From Chiloscyllium plagiosum (lineage: Eukaryota): DNA of 64,000 bases. Both the position numbers and the translations under genes were made by a program. The stretch covers positions 75,021,561 to 75,085,560 of the forward strand of contig NC_057711.1 of the NCBI RefSeq assembly GCF_004010195.1. Reading direction: 5' to 3'. The notes under the pieces are model-generated. The model was not told the origin of the DNA. It did no database searches and worked only from the letters and a program-made list of their open reading frames with translations. Below, one piece after another: positions 10,611-23,216 of the stretch (the first letter of the stretch is position 1; every line of letters starts with the position of its first letter).

Positions 10611-12939
10611 TGGGCCAATCAATATGGTCAATAGCTCTGTAATTCTAGCTGCATCATCAGGAGAAGTGGTCACTGAGAGAATCACAGTCCCCACAATCTA
10701 AGTGCTGGGACAGTGTCTAAGTTTAAGTGTCAAAGTCCAAACAAAATAAATACCAGGGTCGCCTTGTAGGGATTGGAGGGGAGGCTCTGGGCAACAGGGA
10801 TTTTGGTTGACTTCAAAGAAATGAGGGAGGGAGCTGATATTGAACTGGAATCTCTCAATCAGGAGAGGGGGATATTCCCTCTTTCCAACCTGAGACCTGG
10901 GCAGGCTAGCCTAGTGGATTTACTCACCTTCACTGACCTTGACCTCCTTTCACTGACCCTAAAACTTCCTGAACAGGAAGCTTGCCTTAAGTGTGCAAAA
11001 CCTCCTTCATTTCCCCAGCCCTGCAAAATTGCAGACAAATTGGTTGCAAATGGGTAGCCAGTAGGAAAGCTGTCCAGTGAATTAAATTGACCCCCAGACT
11101 GTTAACTTGCAACAGAGTTCTGTAAAATTCTATGTTTTGTTCATTGATCCCTGTAGACTAACAATATTGCTGATATCAGATAATTGAAGACTTTCTCAAG
11201 GACATGGAAAACTGGGACTCACCTTCAAGAGGAGCTTGAAACATTGAAGTCAGAATGTTTAATGTAAAAGAATAAAGGCATACAAAAGAACAAGCACACA
11301 AAAATTCATACAAGGATTTTCACACACGCTAAGTGTTTATTGGCCTCTGAGTTCAATGATGAACAAATGCTACGTATTATTTAGAGCTAACAACAGTCCG
11401 GTATCCAAACAATGTATTGTAGTGACATCCAGCTTTCAACATTTTATTTTTTAACCACCTGGAGTGCTTAGAAATATGATAAATATCCTAGAAAATGATT
11501 ACACCATTGGGACTTAGATGTCCTCTATAGCTGTACTGTAAAATTTCACACTATAAATGACTTGGCCTGTATTCATCCTTAATGCTAACCGAGAGAAGGG
11601 ATGATTCAGCTACTGAAGGAACTAATATTTTGCTACTTTTCACAGAGTCTAGAATCAACATTAAAACAATTTGGAATTGATACATTGTAAGGCAGAACTC
11701 TTCAAAGAGTTTCATAACAAAACCAAAAAAAAATTAAGGGCAATACAATTCCAGATTATATGGCATGAAAATGAGAATCCTGAAAGGGAGCATATGTTTG
11801 ATAAACAAGTAATTTTTGAGTAGAACCATAGAGTTTTCAGAACAGAAGAAGGCCATTCGACACATTGTGTCTGTAGTAGCCCACAAAAGAGCTACCCAGT
11901 CTGCAAAAAACTGGAAATTTCACTTTTTAATAAAAGAATAAATTAATAATGCAGCTATCTGCTCAAGTTAGTAAATTCTGTGCATCCAAATAAATTTAAA
12001 GCAACACATACATAAATAGAATAACTTAATTGACTTCAGCATATAAAAGCTACATATGGACATACTTATAAACCTTGAGGTATGTTTCCTTTTCAGCCTT
12101 TGATGCATGTCCTTCACATTTTACCTGGCTATTTGTTGAGCAGAATATGCATTAGCATGAATGATTCTAAGCAATAAAGTGGTTCAAATAGCTGAATAAA
12201 ATGCATTTAAATTTATGATATTGTGAATTTCCCTTAATGGAGAAAACATACCTTCAGCATTCTGTAAATTTAGAATTTTTCTGCAAATGAGGGCAACTGG
12301 CCCCATTAGGATACATTAGTTGAATAAAGGGTGAATACATTTCTAACATTACATCATAATAAGATTTGAGTTTTTTTTATTTTCAATAATACAGTATAGG
12401 CTCAAAACTTGCATAATTTTCACTTTCAAGTTCCTTTGTAATTTGGGAACTGCAACCATAACTTAATTATCCATAAATGATCATCTAAAAGATTAGAATT
12501 CTCAACTCTCCTCAGAGTGGTAATGCAAGATTTTGGTTATGAGCAATTTAATTAAGAAGAATCATTGACTTACATTTCTTACTGTAGCAAGAGCAAGAAC
12601 AATTGGTCGTTGAGTACATTGGAGGTAGTACATTGCAGAACTATACCAGGAAGCTGAAATGTTGTAACAGAATCAAATAATTGGATATCATGTTATTATG
12701 AAATTTATACTCAACAAGCTGCGTTATGTTACCTGATCCATTATGACCTAGAATAGCAGTCAACTAAAGTGTCAGTGAAGGCCATTACAACCTTTAACTT
12801 ACATGCCAGGTCAACGTGTTCAATGTTAAAATCACTAATAAAATAACTGAAGTATAGCTTTACCATGGACATAATTTTTGCACTTCTCTAATGGTCACCA
12901 CAATAGCAAGAGACAGCTTAAGTTTTTCATAAGTACCTG

Positions 12940-13920
12940 GACACTGGCGTAGGCCATTCAGCCCATCATACCTGCCCCACCATTCAATACAGCCATGGCT
13001 GGTCACATATTTCATTGCCTTTTTCTCAACCCATAGCCCTGTGCACCATTAGCAATCTATAAACCTCTACCTTAGACGTGTTCAATGACTTAGCCTCCAC
13101 AGTCCTCTGTGGTACTAGGAAACAATTCCAAAGGTTCAGCACTCTCAGTAAATTAAATTATTTTCTTTTTGGACCTATGTAGCAGCCCCTTATTTTTAAA
13201 TTGTGCCCCCTGGTTCTGGTCTCCCCAGCTAGGGATAATATCTTACCTGCATCTACTCTGCTAAATATGTCATAAGTGTCAATGAGATCACCTCTCATTC
13301 TTCAAGACTCTAATACAGGCTCGGTTCATCAAATTTATCTTTATAAAACAGTTCCTCCATTCTGAAAACAAGTCTGACGAACTTTCAATACACTTTCTCT
13401 CTGACAATAATACCTTTCTTAAAGTAAGGAAACCAAAACTGTGCACAGTACTCCAGATGCAGTCTTACCAAGCTCCTACACAAAAAAAAACATAAGATTT
13501 CACCACTCTTGTACTCAAATCATCTTGCAAGAAAGCCCAACATTTCATTAGCCTTTGTAATAGCTTACTACACCTGCATGTTAGCCTTTTGTGATTTATT
13601 GACGAGGACACCTGGGCCCTTTGGTACAACTCCTTTGTCCAAACTCTTTAAAAAAATACCCTGCTTTCTGTTTCTCTTAACACAGTGGATAACTTCACAA
13701 ATTTTCCATAAAATATTTCATCTGCCCTATTCTTGTCCATTCACTAAGCCTGTCAAAATCATCTTGACGTCACTTTGCATCTTCCTAACAGCATGCTTAG
13801 CTTTGAATCATCTGCTAATTTGGAAATATTACATTTGGTTTTGACCTCAAAATCATTGATACATATTGGGAACAGTTGGCACCCCAAGTACTGATCCTGG
13901 TGGTACCCCAGTAGTCACAG
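12940..13920 (-). mobile_element. Old CR1 LINE 3' portion
   Basis: Similar to 1320-2640 (ggccattcagccc, aactgtgcacagtactccag, gtggataact). Confidence 0.8.
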
Positions 13921-14329
13921 TTTAGCTGCTGACTTTGATAAGGGGCAACAATAAACAGCAATAATACACGTTTATGTTTATAAAATAGTGACCTCAACAT
14001 GATGAAATATTAGAGTAGATGATAACAGAGCTATTAAAATTAGACCAGCCACAGAGATCTCTTAGGATTCCAGGGCTGGCAAGAAAATCATCGTGGTTAC
14101 AGTGTTCAGTCTGTTCACTGATCAATGTTCACTGTTACTGATTATTAAGCCTGGATGTACCCTTTGAGAGCTAAAGTCAACAGAAGTGTCCAGGGAACCT
14201 GAGCTCTGGAAATGTATGTAGATACCTTGTAATGGAAGAGGAAGTAAACACTTTGTAAATAGATCTGTTATAGACTTAGAACTTGTATAATTCTGCAGTG
14301 TACATTAAAACGTGTAGAATATACAGCGG

Positions 14330-14710
14330 ATTGATAAATACACACAGTAGGGGGAGACATGACCTTAGAAGGTTTTGAAAACATGAATGAGTATTTTAAT
14401 TTTGAGATATTGTCACACTGAGAGCCAAGGAGGACACTATGTTGGGTGAACTGAACTTGTTGCAAATTACATTCTGGGCAGCAGAGTTTTGAATGGACTT
14501 AAGTGGAAAATGTGAGGCTATCCATGAATGAATAGGAAAAATAATGTATTTCAGATGTAACAAAATCACGGCTAAGCATTTTAGCAGCAGATGGACTGAG
14601 GCAGTGACATAGACCAGCGATGTTACAGGGATTATATGAGGTACTGGTAATGTAGGAGCAATCAGAAACAAATCATTCAGCACTCCTGATCAGGTAATGA
14701 CCATTGATGG
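14330..14710 (-). mobile_element. Ancient L2 LINE C-terminal fragment
   Basis: LKSIQNSAAQNV matches the L2 LQxIQNSAAR motif. Confidence 0.6.
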
Positions 14711-15201
14711 CTGAGGTATACATTAAATTCATTTAACTGTCTTTGATATTTAACTATGGATACATGTGCTTAACATGTTTTTCTTGATGAAAACATCAAA
14801 TTTTAATTGACAAGCTTTTTCGGGGACAGACGTGATGGTGGTTGGTCTTTGTGTAGGGACTGAATGCACAAGAGAGCAGAGTAAATCAAATAGAGAGTGA
14901 AATAAATACCTATGCAGCTTTTAGATCATGATATTTTTCTCTGATCGATGAACACTTTGTTCATATCTTCAGTTATATACCACCATGCTTTTGTCTCATT
15001 GTCTTCCTGGAAAGGGGATCCTGGTTTCAAAAGAAGCATAGTTAGACCATAAAAAAATTGATCAAGTTTATGTGTGCAATTCTGTTCGTGCATGTATGGA
15101 GTGATCATGTATGACATTGAAAGCATGAGTCTGAATTTTAAAGAGTGAGAGGCTTCCATCTCCACCCAATGTAAAAGTCAGTAGCAAGTCTTCCTTCACT
15201 T

Positions 15202-15385
15202 GGGCACACGGTGGCTCAGTGGTTAGCACTGTTGCCTCACAGCACCAGGGACCTGGGTTTGATTCCAACCTCCGAATGGAGTTTGCAGATTCTTCCTGTG
15301 TCTGCGTGGGTTTCCTCCATGTGCTCTGGTTTCCTCCCACAGTCCAAAGATGCGCAGGTTAGGTGAATTGGGCACACTAAATTGG
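15202..15385 (+). mobile_element. 3'-truncated HE1-type SINE
   Basis: cacggtggctcagtggttagcactgttgcctcacagcaccagggacctgggtttgattcc. Confidence 0.88.
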
Positions 15386-15657
15386 ACTGTTGGAACCTCC
15401 TTCCTCTCCAATGTAGGACTGTGTCGCTTCCACAAAGGTGGGTGTTACAAGTCAAGGCAAATCTTCTGCTGGGTCTTCTTGGGTTGTCACATGGTCATCT
15501 GCCATGAGTCTTCCCTGCAAGTCTTCACTTAGAATTAGCCAATGAGCTAGGTTCAGATCATCCAATTGGGTTGAGACAACTCCCTTCATTATTGCCATGC
15601 TAGGAGGTGTAAAGTGCATATACTCAGGCATTGAAGATTTCAGAAAGTATGATCAAC

Positions 15658-16325
15658 AATTCTACAATGCACAACCACAGGCTGATTGTAACTGGTTCCC
15701 CTTGAACCTTTGTAACCTCTTTGATCTTGGCTTCTACCATCCCCTGTAGTCAATAGCTCTGGTTACTGTTTAATTTATTCTGACCAATTTTCTATCCGGC
15801 CCAATTTCTCCAGCTGTGGGCCAATTTAGGATGTCAGATTTTGGGCCTGTGGTTGTTTGACCACAGAGATATAGGGCATTGAGTAGCAGAAACCTACTTG
15901 AATTATGTTGGAGGGATCACCACAGGGCACATGTTTACTTGGAAACCGGTCCAACAGTGTGGACTTGTTGGGCCGAAGGGCCTGTTTCCACACTGTAAAG
16001 TAATCTAATCTAATCTAATCTAATCTAATTCTACAATGCACAACCTCAGGCTGATTGTAACTGGTTCCCCTTGAACCTTTGTAACCTCTTTGATCTTGGT
16101 TTCTACCATCCCCTGTAGCCAATAGCTCTGGTTACTGTTTAATTTATTCAGACCAATTTTCTATCAGGCCCAATTTCTCCAGCTGTGGGCCAATTTAGGA
16201 TGTCAGATTTTGGGCCTGTGGTTGTTTGACCACAGAGGTATAGGGCATTGAGTAGCAGAAACCTACTTGAATTATGTTTGAGGGATAACCACAGGGCACA
16301 TGTTTACTTGGAAACCGGTCCAACA
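15658..16325. repeat. 299-bp direct duplication (15658-15956 and 16027-16325) separated by a 70-bp SINE/LINE 3' tail
   Basis: Ungapped alignment at offset 369 with 8 substitutions counted by eye; spacer gtgtggacttgttgggccgaagggcctgtttccacactgtaaag(taatc)n. Confidence 0.97.
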
Positions 16326-16396
16326 AGTTTTACCTAGTAGAGTGGACCTTGGCACCAGCCTCCTTCCCATGAGTAAACAACTTAACTAATTAATTG

Positions 16397-17487
16397 GAGA
16401 TGCTGAGGACTGCAGATGCTGGAAGTCAGAGTCGATAAAGTGTGGAGCTAGAAAAGCACAGCAGGTCAGACAGCATCGGGTCAGGATCCTTCATCAGGAC
16501 TGGGGAGGGGGAAGGGAGCTTGGAAATAATAGATTGAGGGAATGGATGATGATTTGTGAATGCAGGTAGGGGGTGATTGTGTCTGTTCAGTGGAAAGGGT
16601 GGAACAGATAGGTGAGAAGGAAGATGGGCAGGTTAGGGTCTGTTCAGTGGGAAGGGTGGAACAGATAGGTGAGAAGGAAGATGGACAGGTTAGGTCAGGT
16701 CAAGGAGGTGGGGAGGAGAGGGAGGGCTGGATATGGGATGAAGTTGGGATGGAGAGGTTTTGATGCTGATGAACTCTATGTTGAGGCCATTGGGCTGTGA
16801 GCTCCCGAGGCTGAATATGAGGTGTTGTTCCTCCAGCTTGCTTGTGGCCTCATTTTGACAGTGGAGGAGGCCCAGGATGGACATGTCACCAAGGGAGGGG
16901 GAGTTGGAATGGCTAGCTTCCAGAAGATGGCGTTGATTGGACCGTACAGAGTGCAGATTCTCCATGGTCTGTGAGTCTGCACTTGGTCTCTCTGATGTAG
17001 AAGAGACCACATCAGGAGCAATAGATGCAAAAAGTTCTCCCCTTTGGTCCAGGAACTCCTGACCTACATTCAGGATAAAATCCACACTCTCCACCTTCTT
17101 CAAGACTTTCACTTCCTCAGCCCTATGCACCTTATCTTCACCACGGACATTCAGCCTCTCTATACATGTATCCCCCATGACCATAGCCTAAACACCTTCC
17201 ATTTCTTCCTCTCCTACAGACCCAACCAGTCCCCCTCCACCAACAGTCTCATTCACTTGGCAAAACTGGTCCTCATCCTCAACAGTTTTTCCTTTAACTC
17301 CTTCTCACGTATCAGCTCTACCCTTCCCACTGACCAATCACAATCACCCCCTACCTGCATCGACCTATCACCATCCCACCTACCTTTGCCCCTGCCCCAA
17401 CCCCTCCCTCTATTTATTTCTGAGCTCCCTATCCCAACACCCCCTACCCACCTAGTCCTAATGAATGTCCTGACCTAAAATGTCGAC
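16397..17487. mobile_element. PLE with inverted architecture: minus-strand terminus and GIY-YIG, plus-strand RT fragment and terminus; 14-bp TSD
   Basis: TSD taactaattaattg at 16383-16396 and 17488-17501; MSILGLLHCQNEATSKLEEQHLIFSLGSSQPNGLNIEF (minus); FTTDIQPLYTCIPH (plus); internal 57-bp tandem duplication 16581-16694. Confidence 0.88.
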
Positions 17488-17696
17488 TAACTAATTAATT
17501 GCCTGCTTAGGAAGTTTTAAAGGCTCCTGTCTGAGCAGGACTCCTAACACTTCCCCACATTGATAACATTGCAGTTGGAATGGATGGGGATGCAAGTGCA
17601 ATAGGCAGCCAAATTTTATATCTCCACCGCCTATTATCCCTTCGCAGGGATTAAGGATTTGTAGATTTCTGACTATGAAGTCAGCCTTCATCGAAA

Positions 17697-17785
17697 GGCT
17701 ACAGCTTGGTTGGGATATCTGGTCAGCATGGACGAGTTGGCGTGAAGAGTCTGTTTCCATGCTGTACATCTCTATGATCTATGAT
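17697..17785 (+). mobile_element. CR1 3' tail only
   Basis: gggatatctggtcagcatggacgagttgg..gaagagtctgtttccatgctgtacatctctatgatctatgatct. Confidence 0.85.
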
Positions 17786-18959
17786 CTCCATCCCCCCCAT
17801 CCCAACCTCCCTCCCACCCCAGCAAACTCTAGTATGCCACTCTTAGGATCTTTCATGATCTCTCAAACTTCTGCCACACAGATGTTTGGCTGTAGTGCTG
17901 CAGTACAGTGCTTCATTAGATAGGATAGCTGATGAGCCTGGCTGAAGAGACAAGGGACTGGCAGAGACCTCAATGATATTTTGCAGCGATCTGAGTTGCT
18001 CGCCCTCTGGAACAGGGACATGGTAGAGATTGGTTGCTGAATCCCATATCGAATAAGACTGTCTTATTTTAAAATCACAGTTTCAATCAGTATAGTTATT
18101 CCCATAATCTCCCTGAAATGAAATCCAGAATTCTTGGTTCACATTGTTTTGAGATTTCTGCATACTGTTAAGTTTGGTTAACTCATAGACTGGTAAGCTC
18201 TCTCCTGGGTTGGTAGGCACGAAATTTACAAAACAGCAAATCCTAGCTTGCCTTTTCACTTCTGTAAGTAAACAGTTCCTTTTTACATTGAAGGAAACTG
18301 CAAATCAAGGGACATGATGCGATTGATCAGAATGAGGAAAAATAAAAATACAAAGAAGAATGAAAGTTTAGAATGGAAAGGAGCCCAGGTGGACTGCTGT
18401 TCAGAGCATATCAATTAAAGGAGTTTGGAGACATAAAAACGAATGGAGATTATTCGCTTGAAAATTGAAAATGAGATACTGCAAAATAATTTTCACTGGG
18501 AGGGATTGAAGTCTGAAATAAAGCATCAGTGAATACATTCTAAGGAAAAAAACTGTTTTATGTGCTTCTCTATTTTTATCAAATTTAACTTTCATGCTTT
18601 TTTCAGCAAGTTGATATTCTGATGTCTGAGGCAGAGAGTTGGCAATTGAAGGATTTTTTTGCATCAAACAATTTAATTGGTTCATTTTATTCATTTTTAA
18701 AATAGTAGATTGTCCTTAGTAAGGATAGTTGCAAAGCTGTGGTGGCAAAACTAATGGCTAAAGCAATGCTTCATTTTTCTTGTATCACATTACCCTTGGG
18801 CTTCCAAAATGTCAGAGTGCAAACGTTTAACAAAAATAACCATGTCAACTTAAGTAATGGCTTGTTCCTGCAGACTGGTGAGCTTCTCAATCCCATCAAA
18901 ATTCAGAGGCTTGGGCACATTACATTTTTGTTACCTTATTCATGTCTTTGATACACCAA

Positions 18960-19400
18960 ACTTGATATTAGCAGTCCCCTTTTAGATATCATCCCATTTT
19001 TGCCCTTGAAAACATTAGCTCATTGAAAGCTTTGCTGGCCTTATCCCAACTGACGTGAAATACCATTCACCTGTCATCCATGTGCTTTGGCCCTAGATCC
19101 CAGTCCAGAAATATATCTTCTTTAAAAAATTCTCATTTTTGTTTTCAAATCCTTCCAAGGTTCTGTCTCTCCCTATGCTAATAAATGTTACAAGCTTAAC
19201 AATCCTCCAGTTCTGATCTCGTAACCAAATTTGATTTACTTCACAATGTCATTGGTGATTATGGCTGTAGCTGCTTAATTCACTAACTCCGAGCTTTCTT
19301 CCCAAATTTTAAACCCTCTTTCTCCTTTTTTAGGTTGCTTCTCATAACCAACCTCATTCACCAAGACTTTTGTGGCTTTCCCAATCTTTCCTAAGGCAAA
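18960..19400 (+). mobile_element. Ancient L2 LINE C-terminal fragment
   Basis: aaaattctcatttttgttttcaaatccttccaagg reads KILIFVFKSFQG, like L2 FKILxLVFKSLHG. Confidence 0.55.
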
Positions 19401-19559
19401 ACTGTAAGGTAGCAGAGGCCAGGTTCTCAGAGATTTGTTACAGAGATAGATAGATTCTTGTTACCAGTAAAAAGATAGACTGTGGATTTGAGGTTACAAT
19501 CAAATCAGCCAAGGTCTTATTGAATAGCAGGGCAAGATTGAAGGGCTGACTGACTTCCT

Positions 19560-19692
19560 GATTCCTTATGAAGAGCTTATGCTCAAAACATCGATTCTCC
19601 TGCTCCTCAGAAGCTGCCTGATTGATTGTGCTTTGTCAGCACCACACTCTTCAACTCTGATCTCCAGCATCTGTAATGCTCACTTTCTCCCC
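19560..19692 (+). mobile_element. Short PLE terminal fragment (family A) with decayed hammerhead, inside a CR1 3' tail
   Basis: ttccttatgaagagcttatgctcaaaacatcgatt; acttcct repeated on both flanks. Confidence 0.75.
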
Positions 19693-20079
19693 CAACTTCC
19701 TTCTGCTCCCAAATCATATTTTTGTACATTTATATATTTGTAGGTCAAACGTATGATGCCGAATATTATCTAATAATGACTGTGAGGGATGCTTGAAAAA
19801 TTGTCCATGTTAAAGTTGTTCTGTAATATATCATTGATTTGGACAATTGACCTGGATCTTCAGAGAAGTAGCAATGATGGTCAGGCTGCCCCTTTCCTTT
19901 AAAAATTATATGGACTTGCCCAATTCATATTTTCTCTGGTGTCTTCCGATCCTGGATTTTACAGAAATATGCAACACAGCAACATTTTGACAAGTCCATT
20001 GAAGCAGAGCAGGATCAGGGAAAGCAAGAATGTGCACTTTGTAAAACACCAGAGTCCACATCATGAGTTTAGTGTTACA

Positions 20080-20560
20080 TTCTTTACATAGTGAATGAGT
20101 GAGTAAATGAATGGTGTATGGATTATTGAATTAGTGAATGGGCAGGGGACTAGGTCAATGAACTGATGGGTAGGCAATGAAGCCTGTAGGTAAATGAAGT
20201 AGTAAATGGGTGAGATTGGTAACTGGGCATGGTGGGTAGACGGGAGATCGGTGGGGAATTGGATAGGTTGGAATGTGGGTGTGTGGCTGAAGTGGGTCAG
20301 CGATTGGGAGTGATTAGATTGAGAGGTGGCAGAGGGTAGGTGGGAGGGGTGGGGATGTGGATACATGTGTAGGTGGAAATGTGAGTGGTGAGTAATTGGA
20401 TAGGTGGGTCACATGCTAAATTAGTAATTCCAGAGGAATAGGGAGTTGTTGGTCTGTAAGGAGGGTTACTGTGGTTGTGGGGGTGTGGCAGTGTGAGGGG
20501 TGTAGTGTCTATACAGGAGGATGTTGTGTAGGTCGAAGTGTGGTGGTTTTCTCCGAGGAT
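20080..20560. repeat. G/T-rich low-complexity tract
   Basis: Runs of gggt/gtg/gaat words, strongly C-depleted on plus strand. Confidence 0.7.
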
Positions 20561-21690
20561 AGTCAGTTAAGGTTGAGTAGTTGAGTAAGAGGGCCCAACT
20601 TGGGTAGGTTCAAAAAGGAAACTGGGAGCTCAGCCAGGTGATTCAAAGGGATTGGTTGTGGAATTACCCATGTGTTCTTTGAGTCAGAGTTATTTTCAGA
20701 GGTTTCCAAAGTGCAAGCAACTCTGTGGGCCCATATGTCAGGACTATGACAGGGCTTTAGCAAGCATCTCGCGTTAGACATCCAGCTTCTAATGATCAGG
20801 AGATCAGAAGATTTAGCCAATACTTTATTAGTCTCTCCAAAGCTGGCATCAGACCTATTGTGTATTTTCACCATATCCTGTTTTTATTTATTATTCTTCC
20901 TGTCTTCTAACACCTTACTGGTGTTTGTGGATGCTGCTTTAGTCACTAACTGCACTGACAAAAGGTTATGCATGATACTAAAGCTACTCATGGACAGTAA
21001 GAAATGTCTCAAATTGGATAATAGGTTGATAATGGCACCACCGTGTTACTCAGTAGAACTATTTTCCAACATTAGTTTATCTGTCTAATAAGCACATGTG
21101 GTACAAACAGCATGGCTAATTGGTTCCATTCAGTGGAGCGCAAAATGCATGGTGTAGATTAAATTAATTTGATTTGCTTTGGCATGTAAAGTTTCATGTT
21201 TATCATGTGAGGGACTTCAATAATTCCAAATGAATGCATCCACCAAAGCTGCTAGGCATGGAAAGCTTTGTCTGCTGCAGCTTACACTGGACAGATGGTA
21301 TAAAGACCATTCAATTATTTATAATTACCTTCTGCTAAAAAACATTATAGCAGATTCAGTGCAATTCTTGCATAGAAACTGGTGTACATCAATTGTTGAC
21401 TGTATCAGATGTAAATTGTATGCCATCAAAATATTCCAATTTTTAATCGAACTTCAACAAATGGGGTAATTTTCTGGGTGTTATTGAGAATGATTGTTTT
21501 TGTACAACTTATGAACATGAACATAGCTTTCTCTAATTGTCCTGTGAAATTTCATAAAGTTCTAGGAATAAATCATTTCACAACTTTGATAAATAAAAAA
21601 TGAGCTTCATGAACCTCAAAGCAAGATATTAGTTTTCAGAAAATATCTAGGAAGTGGAGTTATAATAAAACAAGCGTGTCAATTATTCTG

Positions 21691-21892
21691 GATTAGAGTG
21701 GTACTGGAAAATCACAGCAGTTCAGGCAGCATCCGAGAAGCAGGAAAATCAATGCCTCTATTCCTGATGAAGGGCTTTTGCCCTAAACGTTGATTTTCCT
21801 GCTCCTTGGATGCTGCCTGAACTGCTGTGCTTTTCCAGCACCACTCTAATCCAGAATCTGGTTTCCAGCATCTGCAGTCATTGTTTTTACCC
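21691..21892. mobile_element. Fold-back PLE-derived mini-element (family A) with TSD and mutated hammerhead
   Basis: Arms about 21685-21752 and 21790-21857 are reverse complements; TSD tgt(c/t)aattattctg at 21677-21690 and 21893-21906; CTGATGA-AGGGCTTTTGCCC-TAAACGTT. Confidence 0.87.
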
Positions 21893-22274
21893 TGTTAATT
21901 ATTCTGATCAACACGGTAGCAATGTTAGTCTTGGTCACATATTCCAAAATCACATGTACAAAACAAGCCCAGGAAAACATCACCAAAGGGTTCACTGCAG
22001 TGTTTACTGCCTGTACAACCTGACAAGAAGTCAGTAAATGGTCCCATGATGTAAATAAAATGAACTTAAGTAATAATTGGCCATCAGCCATCTAACAGGC
22101 AACATAACAGTTGGTTGATCACAAAATACATTTAGCAATCATACATACCACTTAAATAAGTGATTGAAATCACCATGTTCTATTTCAGTCTCATATTTTT
22201 TAGATATTTCTGTTGACAAAGAGGTTCAGAGACTATAATTTATATAAACATCAATTCAATTCTAGGTAACACAA

Positions 22275-22510
22275 TGGAGTAGTTGTAATAACAGTGGACT
22301 ATTTATCCAAAACTCCAGACAAATGCTCTGGGGATTTTGGCTTGAATCCCTTCCAGGCAGATGCCAAAACCTGAATTCAGTAAAAATCTGAAAATAAGAA
22401 CCAGCTTAATGATGATTGTTCAACAATTGTCATTTGTTGCGAAAAATCTATCTAGTTCACTAACGCTGTTTAAGGAAGAAAATCTGCCATCATTAAGTGG
22501 TCTACCTGTG
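22275..22510 (+). mobile_element. tRNA-headed SINE-like repeat, 5' part; resumes at about 23290-23335
   Basis: Similar to the reverse complement of 9735-10050; continuation catgtgatttcagactcagagcaatgtgattgact. Confidence 0.6.
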
Positions 22511-22511
22511 G

Positions 22512-22617
22512 ATTCTGCCCCACTATCTACTTGACAAAGGAGCAGCGCTCTGAAAGCTTGTACTACCAAATACACCTATTGGACTATAACCTAATGTTGT
22601 ATGATTTTTAACTTTGA
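22512..22617 (+). mobile_element. PLE-derived terminal fragment (family B), decayed hammerhead
   Basis: ttgacaaaggagcagcgctctgaaagctt..ttggactataacctaatgttgtatgatttttaact, matching 47630 and 54890 copies. Confidence 0.75.
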
Positions 22618-22630
22618 CTACTTGTGGGAA

Positions 22631-22776
22631 TGACAGTGTGGTGCTGGAAAAGCACAGCAGGTCAGGCAGCACCTGAGGAGCGGGAGAACCAAAGTTTCAG
22701 GCATAAGTCCTTCATCAGGAATTCCAGCATCACATTCTCGACTCTGATCGCCAGCATCTGCAGTCGTCACTTTCTC
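22631..22776 (-). mobile_element. PLE-derived mini-element (family A) with short inverted end
   Basis: gtgtggtgctggaa ... ttccagcatcacat inverted pair; minus strand cctgatgaaggacttatgcctgaaac. Confidence 0.78.
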
Positions 22777-22865
22777 CTACCTGTGCAAATGCACTACCTG
22801 TAAGTTTAGAGGAGGCAGAATCAACTATAGCATTCAAGAAGGCATTAACTGATTATTTTAATAGA

Positions 22866-23216
22866 TTGCCAATAAGTCATCTACCGGCCCACTGTCAAGG
22901 AAAAGCCACCAGCATTTTCAAAGATCCATCCCATCCTAGCAATACTTTTCTCCAACCTCTACCATTGGGGAGAAGATACAGAAGCCTGAACACACACACC
23001 AGCCAGTTTCGAAACAATTTCTACCCTATTGTTGTTAGAATACTGAATGGACTCACAAACTCTTAGCATTCGCCTGTACCTGTGTTTTGGTTTTTGCCAC
23101 TGTATACCTATTATTTACTATTTATGTTATTTAACTATATGATCTGCCCGTATTGCTTGCAAGACAAAGCTTTTCACTGTGCCTCAGCACATGGGACAAT
23201 AAATTCAATTCAACTC
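22866..23216 (+). mobile_element. Rex1/Babar LINE 3' end inserted in a CR1 tail fragment
   Basis: KDPSHPSNTFLQPLPLGRRYRSLNTHTSQFRNNFYPIVVRILN; tail aataaattcaattcaa. Confidence 0.82.

Noticed and set aside
16690..17184. 164-aa ORF with GIY-YIG-like end
   Set aside because: Spans the PLE inversion junction; the N-terminal part is antisense RT
20325..20360. G-quadruplex-like runs (also 8610-8710 and poly-C at 34944)
   Set aside because: Lie in low-complexity or repeat sequence where such runs are expected
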